In this document: one piece after another, positions 8,982 through 16,404 of the stretch
Position numbering within the stretch: position 1 is the stretch's first letter
Layout of the letters: each line of letters begins with the position of its first letter
IMG/VR virus record: IMGVR_UViG_3300034073_001408
Length of the DNA stretch: 20,000 nt
From: an uncultured virus (IMG/VR IMGVR_UViG_3300034073_001408)
Lineage: Duplodnaviria > Heunggongvirae > Uroviricota > Caudoviricetes
Direction: 5' to 3' (one strand)
Notes under the pieces: model-generated
The model's input: only the letters and a program-made list of their open reading frames with translations
The model's database searches: none
Told to the model about the DNA's origin: nothing
Made by a program: the position numbers and the translations under genes

Positions 8982-9584
8982 TTATTTTACTTTCAGTAGA
9001 GAATCTACCCAAACGTCTTGCGCAGAAGCCTTCTTGAAATTTTCTGTTGGTAAAAAGATTGCAATATCCCACTCTCTTGAAGTAATCTCTAGATAAGGCG
9101 ATCTTACATGTTGCTTTAAGTATCTTTTCACGGTTGGTCTGAAGAACTTAAACTTAGATGATGCTGACAGCACTTTGTATGTAGCTAGAACTTTTGTCTT
9201 CTCGTCAAATCGTTTATCTGTAGATATTGTATAAAGAGCATTCATCAGCTTAGCTCTACCCATAGGCGGAAGATAGTGAAAATTTATACCCAAGAAACTG
9301 TCGCTATCAATGTCTATGGGAAATATTAACGGAAACGTGTCATAATAAGGAAGCGTCTTTTTATGCTTCGGATCATATCTGAACATATACATCATGCCTG
9401 GTTCCATCTGAGAAACTTTTCTCTTTGGTTCCCATTGTTTCTCAGCAGCGCTCGGACTCAAGCCTCGAGTGCCGCTGAGAACTTGACTCGCAGCATTTCT
9501 ATACCATTCCCTGGCAAATTTTGTTTTAGCTGGTATCTGAGCCGTCGCTAGTCCGTTGCGAATTATTTCCTTGAAAATAAGCAT
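8982..9584 (-). CDS. gp2: DNA end protector protein, T4 gp2-like
   Basis: PGMMYMFRYDPKHKKTLPYYDTFPLIF, FLGINFHYLPP..RAKL, VKRYL..HVRS and EWDIAIFLPTENF are characteristic of gp2. Confidence 0.93.
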   Translation of the reverse strand: MLIFKEIIRNGLATAQIPAKTKFAREWYRNAASQVLSGTRGLSPSAAEKQWEPKRKVSQMEPGMMYMFRYDPKHKKTLPYYDTFPLIFPIDIDSDSFLGINFHYLPPMGRAKLMNALYTISTDKRFDEKTKVLATYKVLSASSKFKFFRPTVKRYLKQHVRSPYLEITSREWDIAIFLPTENFKKASAQDVWVDSLLKVK

Positions 9585-9616
9585 AGATGCATTTTCCTAG
9601 TTGTGCGTTGATTGTA

Positions 9617-9624
9617 TATTTATG
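9617..9624 (-). promoter_or_regulatory. Probable T4-type late promoter (CATAAATA variant) for the gp2-gp54-gp26-tape measure genes
   Basis: The minus strand reads CATAAATA (7/8 match to TATAAATA), overlapping the gp4 stop codon about 30 nt upstream of the gp2 start. Confidence 0.6.
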
Positions 9625-10054
9625 TCAGTTCTTTCTCAGTGATGATCTTGAATTCCCATTTTCTGTCTGTGCAATATTCGTTAGCTGCTTTCCACTTTGC
9701 GCTGTTGACGCCCCACGTTTTGACTTCGTTGATAAAACGGCGCGTAGGCTTGCCCTCAGGTCGTTTGGGTGGTGCAGTCTGACTCTTCGGCTTTACTTCA
9801 ATCAGCACTGTTCTGAGCGCTCCTGAAGCGTCTCTGTATTGAATCATGAAGTCAACAAAGTAGCGATGCACTCTGTTATCTAGCGGCGACACGTACGGTA
9901 TGACAACTTCTTCTGAAGACCACTTGATGATGTTGGCGTGTGTGTCACAATACACCATGAAGCGGCGTTCGAGTAGACTGCGATATATGATGTTCGTTGG
10001 ATCTCCATCATACTTTTGTGGATTCTGTGGTTTGTATTTTCCTTTATAAGACAT
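9620..10054 (-). CDS. gp4: Head completion nuclease, T4 gp4-like (TnsA-like PD-(D/E)XK fold)
   Basis: YKGKYKPQNPQKYDGDPTNIIYRSLLERRFM.YCD, WSSEEVVIPY.SPLD...HRYFVDF, LIEVKP, VNSAKWKAA, FKIITEKEL. Confidence 0.95.
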   Translation of the reverse strand: MSYKGKYKPQNPQKYDGDPTNIIYRSLLERRFMVYCDTHANIIKWSSEEVVIPYVSPLDNRVHRYFVDFMIQYRDASGALRTVLIEVKPKSQTAPPKRPEGKPTRRFINEVKTWGVNSAKWKAANEYCTDRKWEFKIITEKELT

Positions 10055-10061
10055 ATAAATA
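10054..10061 (+). promoter_or_regulatory. T4-type late promoter TATAAATA upstream of gp48
   Basis: Perfect TATAAATA 23 nt before the gp48 ATG, followed by SD AGGAG. It overlaps the first base of the divergent gp4 start codon. Confidence 0.88.
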
Positions 10062-10084
10062 GCTAAAGTAAAACAGGAGAAGAA

Positions 10085-11116
10085 ATGGCTACAACAAGCA
10101 TATTTGGTCTAACATCTAATTCAAACTCAGCAATACCCGGTGACGTAAGTCTTAGTGGATGGCCATCTAGTAGATACGAACCACACTCAGCAAGTGATAG
10201 ATATGCCCGTGCAGGCTTGACTGGAAGATATTCATATCCACACGAAGCATGGGATGAAGGATTCAACATTCCATCTATTTATTTCAAATTCACAGATGCA
10301 TTTGGCGGTAGAATATCAACAGCGCCAAAGTTAGCATTGAAAATGCCACCTAATTTCAACTTGACTGGATTCTCAGACTATGCAAGAACAGAGAACATAT
10401 TTGCTACTAGTAGTGAAGTTTACAACAACATACTAGATACGGCAATCAAGTCAAAGCAACAAGAAATCAAAGACACTAATACAGGAGGCGACGCTACTGG
10501 AGTTCAAAAGCTAGTCGATCAAGTTGCTAAAGTCGGACTATCTGCTGCTGAAGCATTCAAGTATTCGTGGCAAAAAGCATTTGCAAATCTTGAAGGCTGG
10601 GGAGCATCTGCTGGTTTGTCTAATCTAAATCAGTATGAGTTCATGAATAGACAAGCTGTCAATCCAATGGCTCAGTTATTGTATCGTGGTCCTCAAATGC
10701 GCAGATATCAACTTCCATTCGTAATGCATCCGAAAAGTAGTATAGAAAGCAACAATATTCAAAAAATATTATCTGTGTTTAGATTAGCATCTTCGCCGTC
10801 AGTTCCTAGCACTAGTGGAACATCTATCGCTGGCATCAACATCGGCGCGGGCAATGCATTCACTTTCGGTTATCCGCACCTCACACAGTTTGACGTATTG
10901 TTCACTAATAGAAACAATAACGTCACTACAATTTATAGAAGCAAACTATGTGCAATTGAATCTGTATCTATAGATTACGGATCACAGAAAATGACATTCT
11001 TTGAAGATGGTCGACCAACAGAAGTAACGCTAACAGTTCAATTGACTGAAGTCACGCCACGCACACTCGGTGACGAATACGGCACAGCAATGAACTCTCA
11101 GATAACACTCAAGTAA
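10085..11116 (+). CDS. gp48: Baseplate tail-tube cap, T4 gp48-like
   Basis: LKMPP, AVNPMAQLLYRGPQMRRYQLPFVMHPKS..ES..I..I...FR, CAIESVSIDY and FFEDGRPTEVTLTVQLTE. Divergent from gp4 and followed by gp53. Confidence 0.88.
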   Translation: MATTSIFGLTSNSNSAIPGDVSLSGWPSSRYEPHSASDRYARAGLTGRYSYPHEAWDEGFNIPSIYFKFTDAFGGRISTAPKLALKMPPNFNLTGFSDYARTENIFATSSEVYNNILDTAIKSKQQEIKDTNTGGDATGVQKLVDQVAKVGLSAAEAFKYSWQKAFANLEGWGASAGLSNLNQYEFMNRQAVNPMAQLLYRGPQMRRYQLPFVMHPKSSIESNNIQKILSVFRLASSPSVPSTSGTSIAGINIGAGNAFTFGYPHLTQFDVLFTNRNNNVTTIYRSKLCAIESVSIDYGSQKMTFFEDGRPTEVTLTVQLTEVTPRTLGDEYGTAMNSQITLK

Positions 11117-11123
11117 AACTAAA

Positions 11124-11672
11124 ATGCTGAAATTTTATCCTAAGATTCTGTACAAAATAAATGATTATGATTATTTGAAAGTCTCAGACATTTCATTTTA
11201 TGCAAAGATAAGAGACTTCGTTCGCACGTTCGGTCTGTCTAACGGTCGACCATACACCGTAGAAGATGGTGATGCTCCAGCTATAGTTTCAAATAAAATT
11301 TACGATACTCCTAGATTTGATTATTCTATACTTGTTCTGAACAACATTAGAAACATATACGATGAATGGCCGCGCAGCGACTTAGCGTTCAAAGAATACA
11401 TAGAAGCTAAGTACGGAAGCGTCGATACAGCTAAAAACACTCAGTTAAATTTCTACAGATCAGACAGAAAACAAGTTTCACGCGAAACTTGGTTTCAACT
11501 CACAGATAGCGGTAAATACTTCGAAACTATCTATGACTATGAATTGAAACTAAACGATCAAAAAGCTAAGATAAGATTGTTAGACTACACAACAATTCTT
11601 TCATTTGAAGTAGAGCTACGTCAACTCACTTCTAAACTAATTGCAGAAGAAATTCAGAGAGATCAGAGTTAA
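11124..11672 (+). CDS. gp53: Baseplate wedge subunit, T4 gp53-like (LysM-like domain)
   Basis: YTVEDGDAPAIVSNKIYD, ILVLNNIRNIYDEWP, YIEAKYGS, YDYELKLNDQKAKIRLL. Confidence 0.9.
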   Translation: MLKFYPKILYKINDYDYLKVSDISFYAKIRDFVRTFGLSNGRPYTVEDGDAPAIVSNKIYDTPRFDYSILVLNNIRNIYDEWPRSDLAFKEYIEAKYGSVDTAKNTQLNFYRSDRKQVSRETWFQLTDSGKYFETIYDYELKLNDQKAKIRLLDYTTILSFEVELRQLTSKLIAEEIQRDQS

Positions 11673-11677
11673 AAATT

Positions 11678-13057
11678 ATGGCAACTACAATATTTGATCT
11701 AATTGATCGTCAAGGCGGCTTAGGTGGTTCTGGATACATACCCAATGACGATGATTACACTAATGCTAGACAGATATCAAATTCATATTTTCTGTCGAAC
11801 TTAGCGATCAAAATCAAAGATGGAACTTGGATTTCTATGACTGAAGTATTTCAAGACATGGAAATCTTTGAAGACATTTACTCTTCAGCAGTTCACGGTT
11901 CTATCAGCATTCTAGATATGAGCGGTGGTTTCTCGAAGTTCATGATCACTGGCGGTGAGTCAATCAAAATGACAATCTGCAAGACTGTAGAAGATCCAGA
12001 TGTGATCATAAGCAGAGATGACTTTATAGTATATCAGATTACAGATATGCGAGTGACAGAAAGTAAAGTTATGCAGTTTAGAATGAATTTTATTTCTAAG
12101 AGTGCAATTGAAGCTCAGAAAAAACGATTGTATAGAACTTATCAAAATGAAAGAGTTATATCTAATTTAGTAAAGATGATATACAAAGAGATTGCGGGTG
12201 AAAGTGAACTATATTTGAAAATAGATGACAATAAGTGTAAAATTGATCGCGATTTCGTTTCTGTTGGATATAATCCACTTCAGTCGATTGATGCTCTAGC
12301 AAAACGCGCATGCGCTTCTGGAGACTATTATCTTTTCTTTGAGCGATTATCTCAGTTGCAGGGCAAGAAGCACGTCTTCACTTCAATGAAAAACATGAAG
12401 GATAAAGTCGATGCATTCAACACAGGTAAGATTTACTTAGCTCACAATATCACGACAACAAATTTTACTGCATTATCTGGCTCAGCATTCAAAGTGCATT
12501 CAGTATCTTTCGTAGATAACTACAATCATCTACAAAACATGATGGCTGGTCTGTATAATTCTGGTATAAAAATTCTAGACATAACATCTAGAAGCTATAC
12601 TGACATGAGAATTAGTTACAAAGATCAAACTTCATCGACAGAACAAGCGATAGAATCAAATAATTACTTTAATCAGTATCAGAATTTTTTTCCAGAACAG
12701 CCGGGCGAGAGAATTGTAGCTCGCGGCACTAATGATATCACATCAAACGCTGGAACTTGGCTCAAAATAGATACTGTAAACTCTGTCATCATCAGTATGT
12801 TCAGACTTTTAGTCGATATGCCAGGGAACAATCGACTCGGCGTAGGTAATTACGTCACTCTAGTTCTACCTAGCTACGAAGCGATGAATCTAAATATAAA
12901 TGCTGGCGCAGTAGAGTCTGACGCACTCTATACTGGCGATTATCTCATAACAGCAGTTAGACATAACTTCACAAATAAAGAATATACAAAGAAAGTTGAA
13001 GTGTCTAGAATCGATGCGCCTATAAAAATAGACACAACAATTGTAAATGGATTCTAA
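11678..13057 (+). CDS. gp27: Baseplate hub protein, gp27-like
   Basis: IFEDIYSSAVHGSISILD, ITGGESI, YYLFFE, MPGNNRLGVGNYVTL and LYTGDYLITAVRHNF (G.YL.T.V.H hub signature). Located between gp53 and gp5. Confidence 0.75.
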   Translation: MATTIFDLIDRQGGLGGSGYIPNDDDYTNARQISNSYFLSNLAIKIKDGTWISMTEVFQDMEIFEDIYSSAVHGSISILDMSGGFSKFMITGGESIKMTICKTVEDPDVIISRDDFIVYQITDMRVTESKVMQFRMNFISKSAIEAQKKRLYRTYQNERVISNLVKMIYKEIAGESELYLKIDDNKCKIDRDFVSVGYNPLQSIDALAKRACASGDYYLFFERLSQLQGKKHVFTSMKNMKDKVDAFNTGKIYLAHNITTTNFTALSGSAFKVHSVSFVDNYNHLQNMMAGLYNSGIKILDITSRSYTDMRISYKDQTSSTEQAIESNNYFNQYQNFFPEQPGERIVARGTNDITSNAGTWLKIDTVNSVIISMFRLLVDMPGNNRLGVGNYVTLVLPSYEAMNLNINAGAVESDALYTGDYLITAVRHNFTNKEYTKKVEVSRIDAPIKIDTTIVNGF

Positions 13058-13092
13058 TATAATCTCAATATAAAAAAAGGAAAGCTCCAGTC

Positions 13093-14160
13093 ATGTTACT
13101 CTCATTCTCAGAATTCATGGATGTCAGAAAATTAGAAATTAGCACAGACATTCAAGAAAAATTAATTGTATACGGTGGCGGTAAGAAGTATGGGCAGATT
13201 GTGTTCATGGCTGGTGGTGCTGGATCAGGAAAAGGTTTCGCAATCTCCAACTTCGTGAACAGCAGCGACTTCAAGATCAGAGACGTTGATGAGTTGAAGC
13301 TAGCTTTTCAGAAACTTGACGATTTGAGAATCTTTTCAACAGAAGAACTTTTGTTGAAGTATAAAGACAAGTTGTCTGAGAAAGACATCAAGCACATTGA
13401 AGACCATGTTTTGTCTAAAGGTTACTCACTGCGCGATTTGAACTTGAAGACGCCAGAACATGTCTATGCGCTGCATGTTCTCGTCGCAGCGACTGGTGTA
13501 AAGAACAAAACTCTTGACTTGATGTTGCAGAATGCAAAGCCGGGAACACTACCAAACATCATCTTTGACACAACATTCAAAGACATGGATGAGATGAATG
13601 AGTTAGTTCCTCGGCTGTTGAGTATTGGTTACGAAGCAAAAGACATTCACATCACTTGGGTGTTGACAAACTACGAAATCGCTATCAAGAACAATGCAAA
13701 GAGAAGTAGAGTAGTTCCTGCTGACATCATGCTAAAGACTCACGTTGGCGCTGCATCTACAGTCATGCAGCTAGCGCATCAAGGTGTTCCTAGCACAGTA
13801 GACGGCGGTTTCTACGTTATTTTAAACAATCCAAAAAATACTTTGTTTGCAATTGATCCAGATGAATATCGAAATAAATTTAAATTATTTCTAGCGAAAA
13901 AAGGCATTGCATCTTTTAACGATTTAAGCACTAAAGAAAAGAAAAAAATATTTAGCGAATTTGAAGCAAAACACAAAAAAGAAAAAGCATACGAAAGTAC
14001 CAAAGGCAAAAAAGTTGTCAGCAATTTCTTGTATTTGACACTCAAGAAGCCAGGAAAAGCGATGACAGACGACACTGATATCAAAAAGCAGCTTTACGAT
14101 TGGGTTACGAAGAACGTTCCCAAACAAGCGCTGGACAAGATCGCAATGGACAAGTTATGA
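13093..14160 (+). CDS. P-loop kinase (zeta-toxin/AAA_33-like) with a putative capsid-targeting propeptide
   Basis: Walker A VFMAGGAGSGKG, RDVDE, NIIFDTT and lid-like AIKNNAKRSRVVP. N-terminus is MLLSFSEF...LE...IQE. SD AAGGA lies upstream. Confidence 0.8.
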   Translation: MLLSFSEFMDVRKLEISTDIQEKLIVYGGGKKYGQIVFMAGGAGSGKGFAISNFVNSSDFKIRDVDELKLAFQKLDDLRIFSTEELLLKYKDKLSEKDIKHIEDHVLSKGYSLRDLNLKTPEHVYALHVLVAATGVKNKTLDLMLQNAKPGTLPNIIFDTTFKDMDEMNELVPRLLSIGYEAKDIHITWVLTNYEIAIKNNAKRSRVVPADIMLKTHVGAASTVMQLAHQGVPSTVDGGFYVILNNPKNTLFAIDPDEYRNKFKLFLAKKGIASFNDLSTKEKKKIFSEFEAKHKKEKAYESTKGKKVVSNFLYLTLKKPGKAMTDDTDIKKQLYDWVTKNVPKQALDKIAMDKL

Positions 14161-14390
14161 TGGGTTTCAAAAAATACTTCGCATCAGTAGAACTCTCTCA
14201 AGATGAGTGGGAAGAAGAAGTCTACGGACCAGAACTCGTCGAGATGCTCAAGCAAGTTGACGGACGCTGGGCAGTTGTCTCAAAAAAGACTGGCAAAGTT
14301 CTAGTCTATTACAAAGGCGAAGGCAAGCCCTCAGATGAGTGGTTTGCTGCGCAAGAGCGTCGCATTCAGTATTTCAAGCATAGAGGATAA
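14157..14390 (+). CDS. Small hypothetical protein (77 aa), probable internal head protein
   Basis: Starts in an ATGA overlap with the kinase stop. MMGFKKYF..VE...LVE is followed by a compact basic domain (VDGRWAVVSKKTGKVL...QERRIQYFKH). Confidence 0.75.
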   Translation: MMGFKKYFASVELSQDEWEEEVYGPELVEMLKQVDGRWAVVSKKTGKVLVYYKGEGKPSDEWFAAQERRIQYFKHRG

Positions 14391-14398
14391 AACATACT

Positions 14399-15889
14399 AT
14401 GTTCATTGGTCAGGATGGATTTATTTGGTGGATCGGCGTCGTTGAAGATAACAATGATCCTCTACTGATTGGTAGAGCGCGTGTTCGCATTTTTGGATAT
14501 CATCCAAAAGCAAAGCGAGATGAAACTTATACTAAAACTGCAAACAATAATGTTCCTACTGCGTATTTGCCTTGGGCAATACCACTGATGCCATTGAACT
14601 TGCCAAATGCATACGGAAAGATATCTATCGGAGAATGGGTTTGCGGCTTCTTTCTTGACGGCGAGAATGCGCAAGAACCAGTCATGATGGGTTATTTACC
14701 AGCAGCGAGAAAACAATCAGAATTTACTTACAGTAAAAGAGAGACGCAAAGAAACTTTCAAGACTTAGAAGGTCCAATTGCTGACGGCGAATACTTCGGT
14801 TTAGAATTTGAAAACAAGTCAAATAGATTTGAGTGGCATACTCCTTCAAATCATCATATAAGAATAACTGAAGTCGCTAATGACTACGGCAATAAAGATT
14901 TCGTTCTAGCACATGCTACTGGAAATCTTTTCGTAGCTATGCAGACAGACAAAAATGGAATATCTAGATTAGCACTTTCACATCCATCTGGAACAAGTAT
15001 CATACTAGCTGAAGATGATATTTACGTGAATAGTCCAAAATGGGGCAATTTTCCACTTGTAAATCAAATAAATTGGGTAGCATATAATCAACACACCACT
15101 CAAGGCGGAAGCAAGCGTGGTCCTAGAAATTTCACAATCGGAACTCGCGCAAATCCACCAGCACCACCGCCACCAAGAAGAGGTGGAGGCGGATGCTTCA
15201 TAGAGTCTTCACTCATTGCGATGGCAGATGGGTCTAAGAAAATGATTTGTGAAGTTCAAATCGGAGATTACGTTCTCGCTAGAGATGGAAAAACTATCAA
15301 CAAAGTTAGATTTATTGAAGTAAATGATTCAAAGTATCACAATGAACTATACACTCCAAATCCAGAGATCGAGGCGTTTGCAACTACAGATCATCCGATC
15401 TACGTAGAAGATGAACTTGTATCTGCTGATTTAAAATTGACTCAATCATGCTATCCTTGGCTCAGAGTAACTCGCGAATTCAATAGCATAGATGTCACGT
15501 TTGATGAAAATAAATATGACTACGTGTATAATCTATGGGTAGATGGAGATGGAACTTACATCGTCAATGGATGTGGAACAACATCAATCATCTTTGACGG
15601 CGGAATGCTCTCGGACTTTGTTGAGATGGGATACTTTGACGTCAGCAAAGTCAGACATCTATACGAAGAATACACAAAGAATGGAAACACTCTTCTTCAC
15701 GGAGCATTCATTCTAAATTATGCTCTAGGCAAGCTCAAATCACGCATTCTATATAGATTAGTAGCATACGCTGCTAGTAAAGACTTTAAGAGTTTGACTA
15801 GAAAACTTATTGTTACTCTTCCAATGTTAGCGTGTGCGAAGTTAGCACACTTAACTGAAAAATTACATAAATGGAGATTCTTCAAATGA
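14399..15889 (+). CDS. gp5: Baseplate central spike gp5-like protein (OB fold, no lysozyme) fused to a Hint domain and a 100-aa C-terminal extension
   Basis: The N-terminus GQDGFIWWIGVVEDNNDPLLIGRARVRIFGYH...LPWA...GEWVCGFFLDGENAQEPVMMG is the gp5 OB fold. From C266 it reads CFIESSLIAMADG, VQIGDYV, TTDHP, VYNLWVDGDGTYIVNG (Hint blocks). SD GAGGA lies upstream. Confidence 0.92.
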   Translation: MFIGQDGFIWWIGVVEDNNDPLLIGRARVRIFGYHPKAKRDETYTKTANNNVPTAYLPWAIPLMPLNLPNAYGKISIGEWVCGFFLDGENAQEPVMMGYLPAARKQSEFTYSKRETQRNFQDLEGPIADGEYFGLEFENKSNRFEWHTPSNHHIRITEVANDYGNKDFVLAHATGNLFVAMQTDKNGISRLALSHPSGTSIILAEDDIYVNSPKWGNFPLVNQINWVAYNQHTTQGGSKRGPRNFTIGTRANPPAPPPPRRGGGGCFIESSLIAMADGSKKMICEVQIGDYVLARDGKTINKVRFIEVNDSKYHNELYTPNPEIEAFATTDHPIYVEDELVSADLKLTQSCYPWLRVTREFNSIDVTFDENKYDYVYNLWVDGDGTYIVNGCGTTSIIFDGGMLSDFVEMGYFDVSKVRHLYEEYTKNGNTLLHGAFILNYALGKLKSRILYRLVAYAASKDFKSLTRKLIVTLPMLACAKLAHLTEKLHKWRFFK

Positions 15890-16113
15890 GCGATGAAGTT
15901 AGTGAAAACAAACCAATAGTAACTGAACCATGCCCTAAACCAGTAGAGGTTGAACTCAACTTTATGGATCATGCACTCAATTGGCTTGAGACAATCTCTG
16001 AAGATGATGCTAATAAGTTTTTGAATGGGATCACTATTGATGCTGCGTTAGTGCTGTTCAAGCACTTTCCTGATAATCAACTAGTGAAAGAAGTCTTACA
16101 TTCTAAAGTATAG
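15886..16113 (+). CDS. Small acidic hypothetical protein (75 aa), translationally coupled to gp5
   Basis: ATGA overlap with the gp5 stop, with GGAG at 15873-15876. No family recognised. Confidence 0.7.
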   Translation: MSDEVSENKPIVTEPCPKPVEVELNFMDHALNWLETISEDDANKFLNGITIDAALVLFKHFPDNQLVKEVLHSKV

Positions 16114-16146
16114 TTACTATATCGTATTGTCATAGTCTACACACTC

Positions 16147-16175
16147 AGTGTAGCACTCTGTCAAGCATTTGTCAA
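16147..16175 (-). promoter_or_regulatory. Sigma70-type promoter on the minus strand (antisense to the late genes)
   Basis: Minus strand reads TTGACA (16175-16170), a 17-nt spacer ending TGC, then TACACT (16152-16147). It lies in an 85-bp intergenic gap. Confidence 0.7.
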
Positions 16176-16198
16176 TAGAAAAAAAGGAAAATATAACC

Positions 16199-16381
16199 AT
16201 GACTCCAACAACACATGAAACACTAGTCAGTCTTTTTGAAACTTACATGAAAGACAATGAAAAGTTCACAGCCAAAGGCAACAAAGCAGCAGGCACTCGC
16301 GCACGAAAAGCGCTGTCTGAGTTTGCGAAGCTGACTAAAGAGCGTAGACGCGAGATTCAAGACGCTAAGACGGCAGAGTAA
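16199..16381 (+). CDS. Small basic histone-H1-like (Hc1 N-terminal type) DNA-binding protein, 60 aa
   Basis: EKFTAKGNKAAGTRARKALSEFAKLTKERRREIQ matches the GNKAAGTRARK motif of bacterial/phage 'histone H1-like' proteins. SD AAGGA precedes the ATG at 16199. Confidence 0.8.
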   Translation: MTPTTHETLVSLFETYMKDNEKFTAKGNKAAGTRARKALSEFAKLTKERRREIQDAKTAE

Positions 16382-16390
16382 ATATTCCAT

Positions 16391-16398
16391 TATAAATA
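16391..16398 (+). promoter_or_regulatory. T4-type late promoter TATAAATA upstream of gp25-gp6-gp7
   Basis: Perfect intergenic TATAAATA, 6 nt before the gp25 ATG. Confidence 0.88.
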
Positions 16399-16404
16399 CA
16401 GGCT

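Noticed and set aside
9620..10054. TnsA-like nuclease as evidence of a transposon
   Set aside because: Sequence and synteny match the core T4-like head completion gene gp4. No terminal repeats or other Tns genes are present.
15085..15105. NQHTT in gp5 as an HxH iron-binding spike tip like P2 gpV
   Set aside because: The second His is absent, so the match is too weak to call.
15194..15586. Canonical splicing intein or mobile element in gp5
   Set aside because: There is no terminal His-Asn, no Cys/Ser/Thr at +1 (Ile follows), no homing endonuclease, and the downstream part does not resume gp5 sequence.
15718..16133. Minus-strand ORFs downstream of the antisense promoter (84 aa at 15718..15972 and an 18-codon ORF starting at 16133)
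   Set aside because: Both overlap credible plus-strand genes, lack an SD and show no protein-like motifs.
16169..16197. Plus-strand sigma70-like TTGTCA-17-TATAAC
   Set aside because: It lacks the conserved final T of the -10, and transcription would start inside the downstream gene.
14100..16198. ORF-track starts at 14100, 15871 and 16169
   Set aside because: Downstream ATGs at 14157, 15886 and 16199 have stop/start overlaps or SD motifs and avoid long overlaps.
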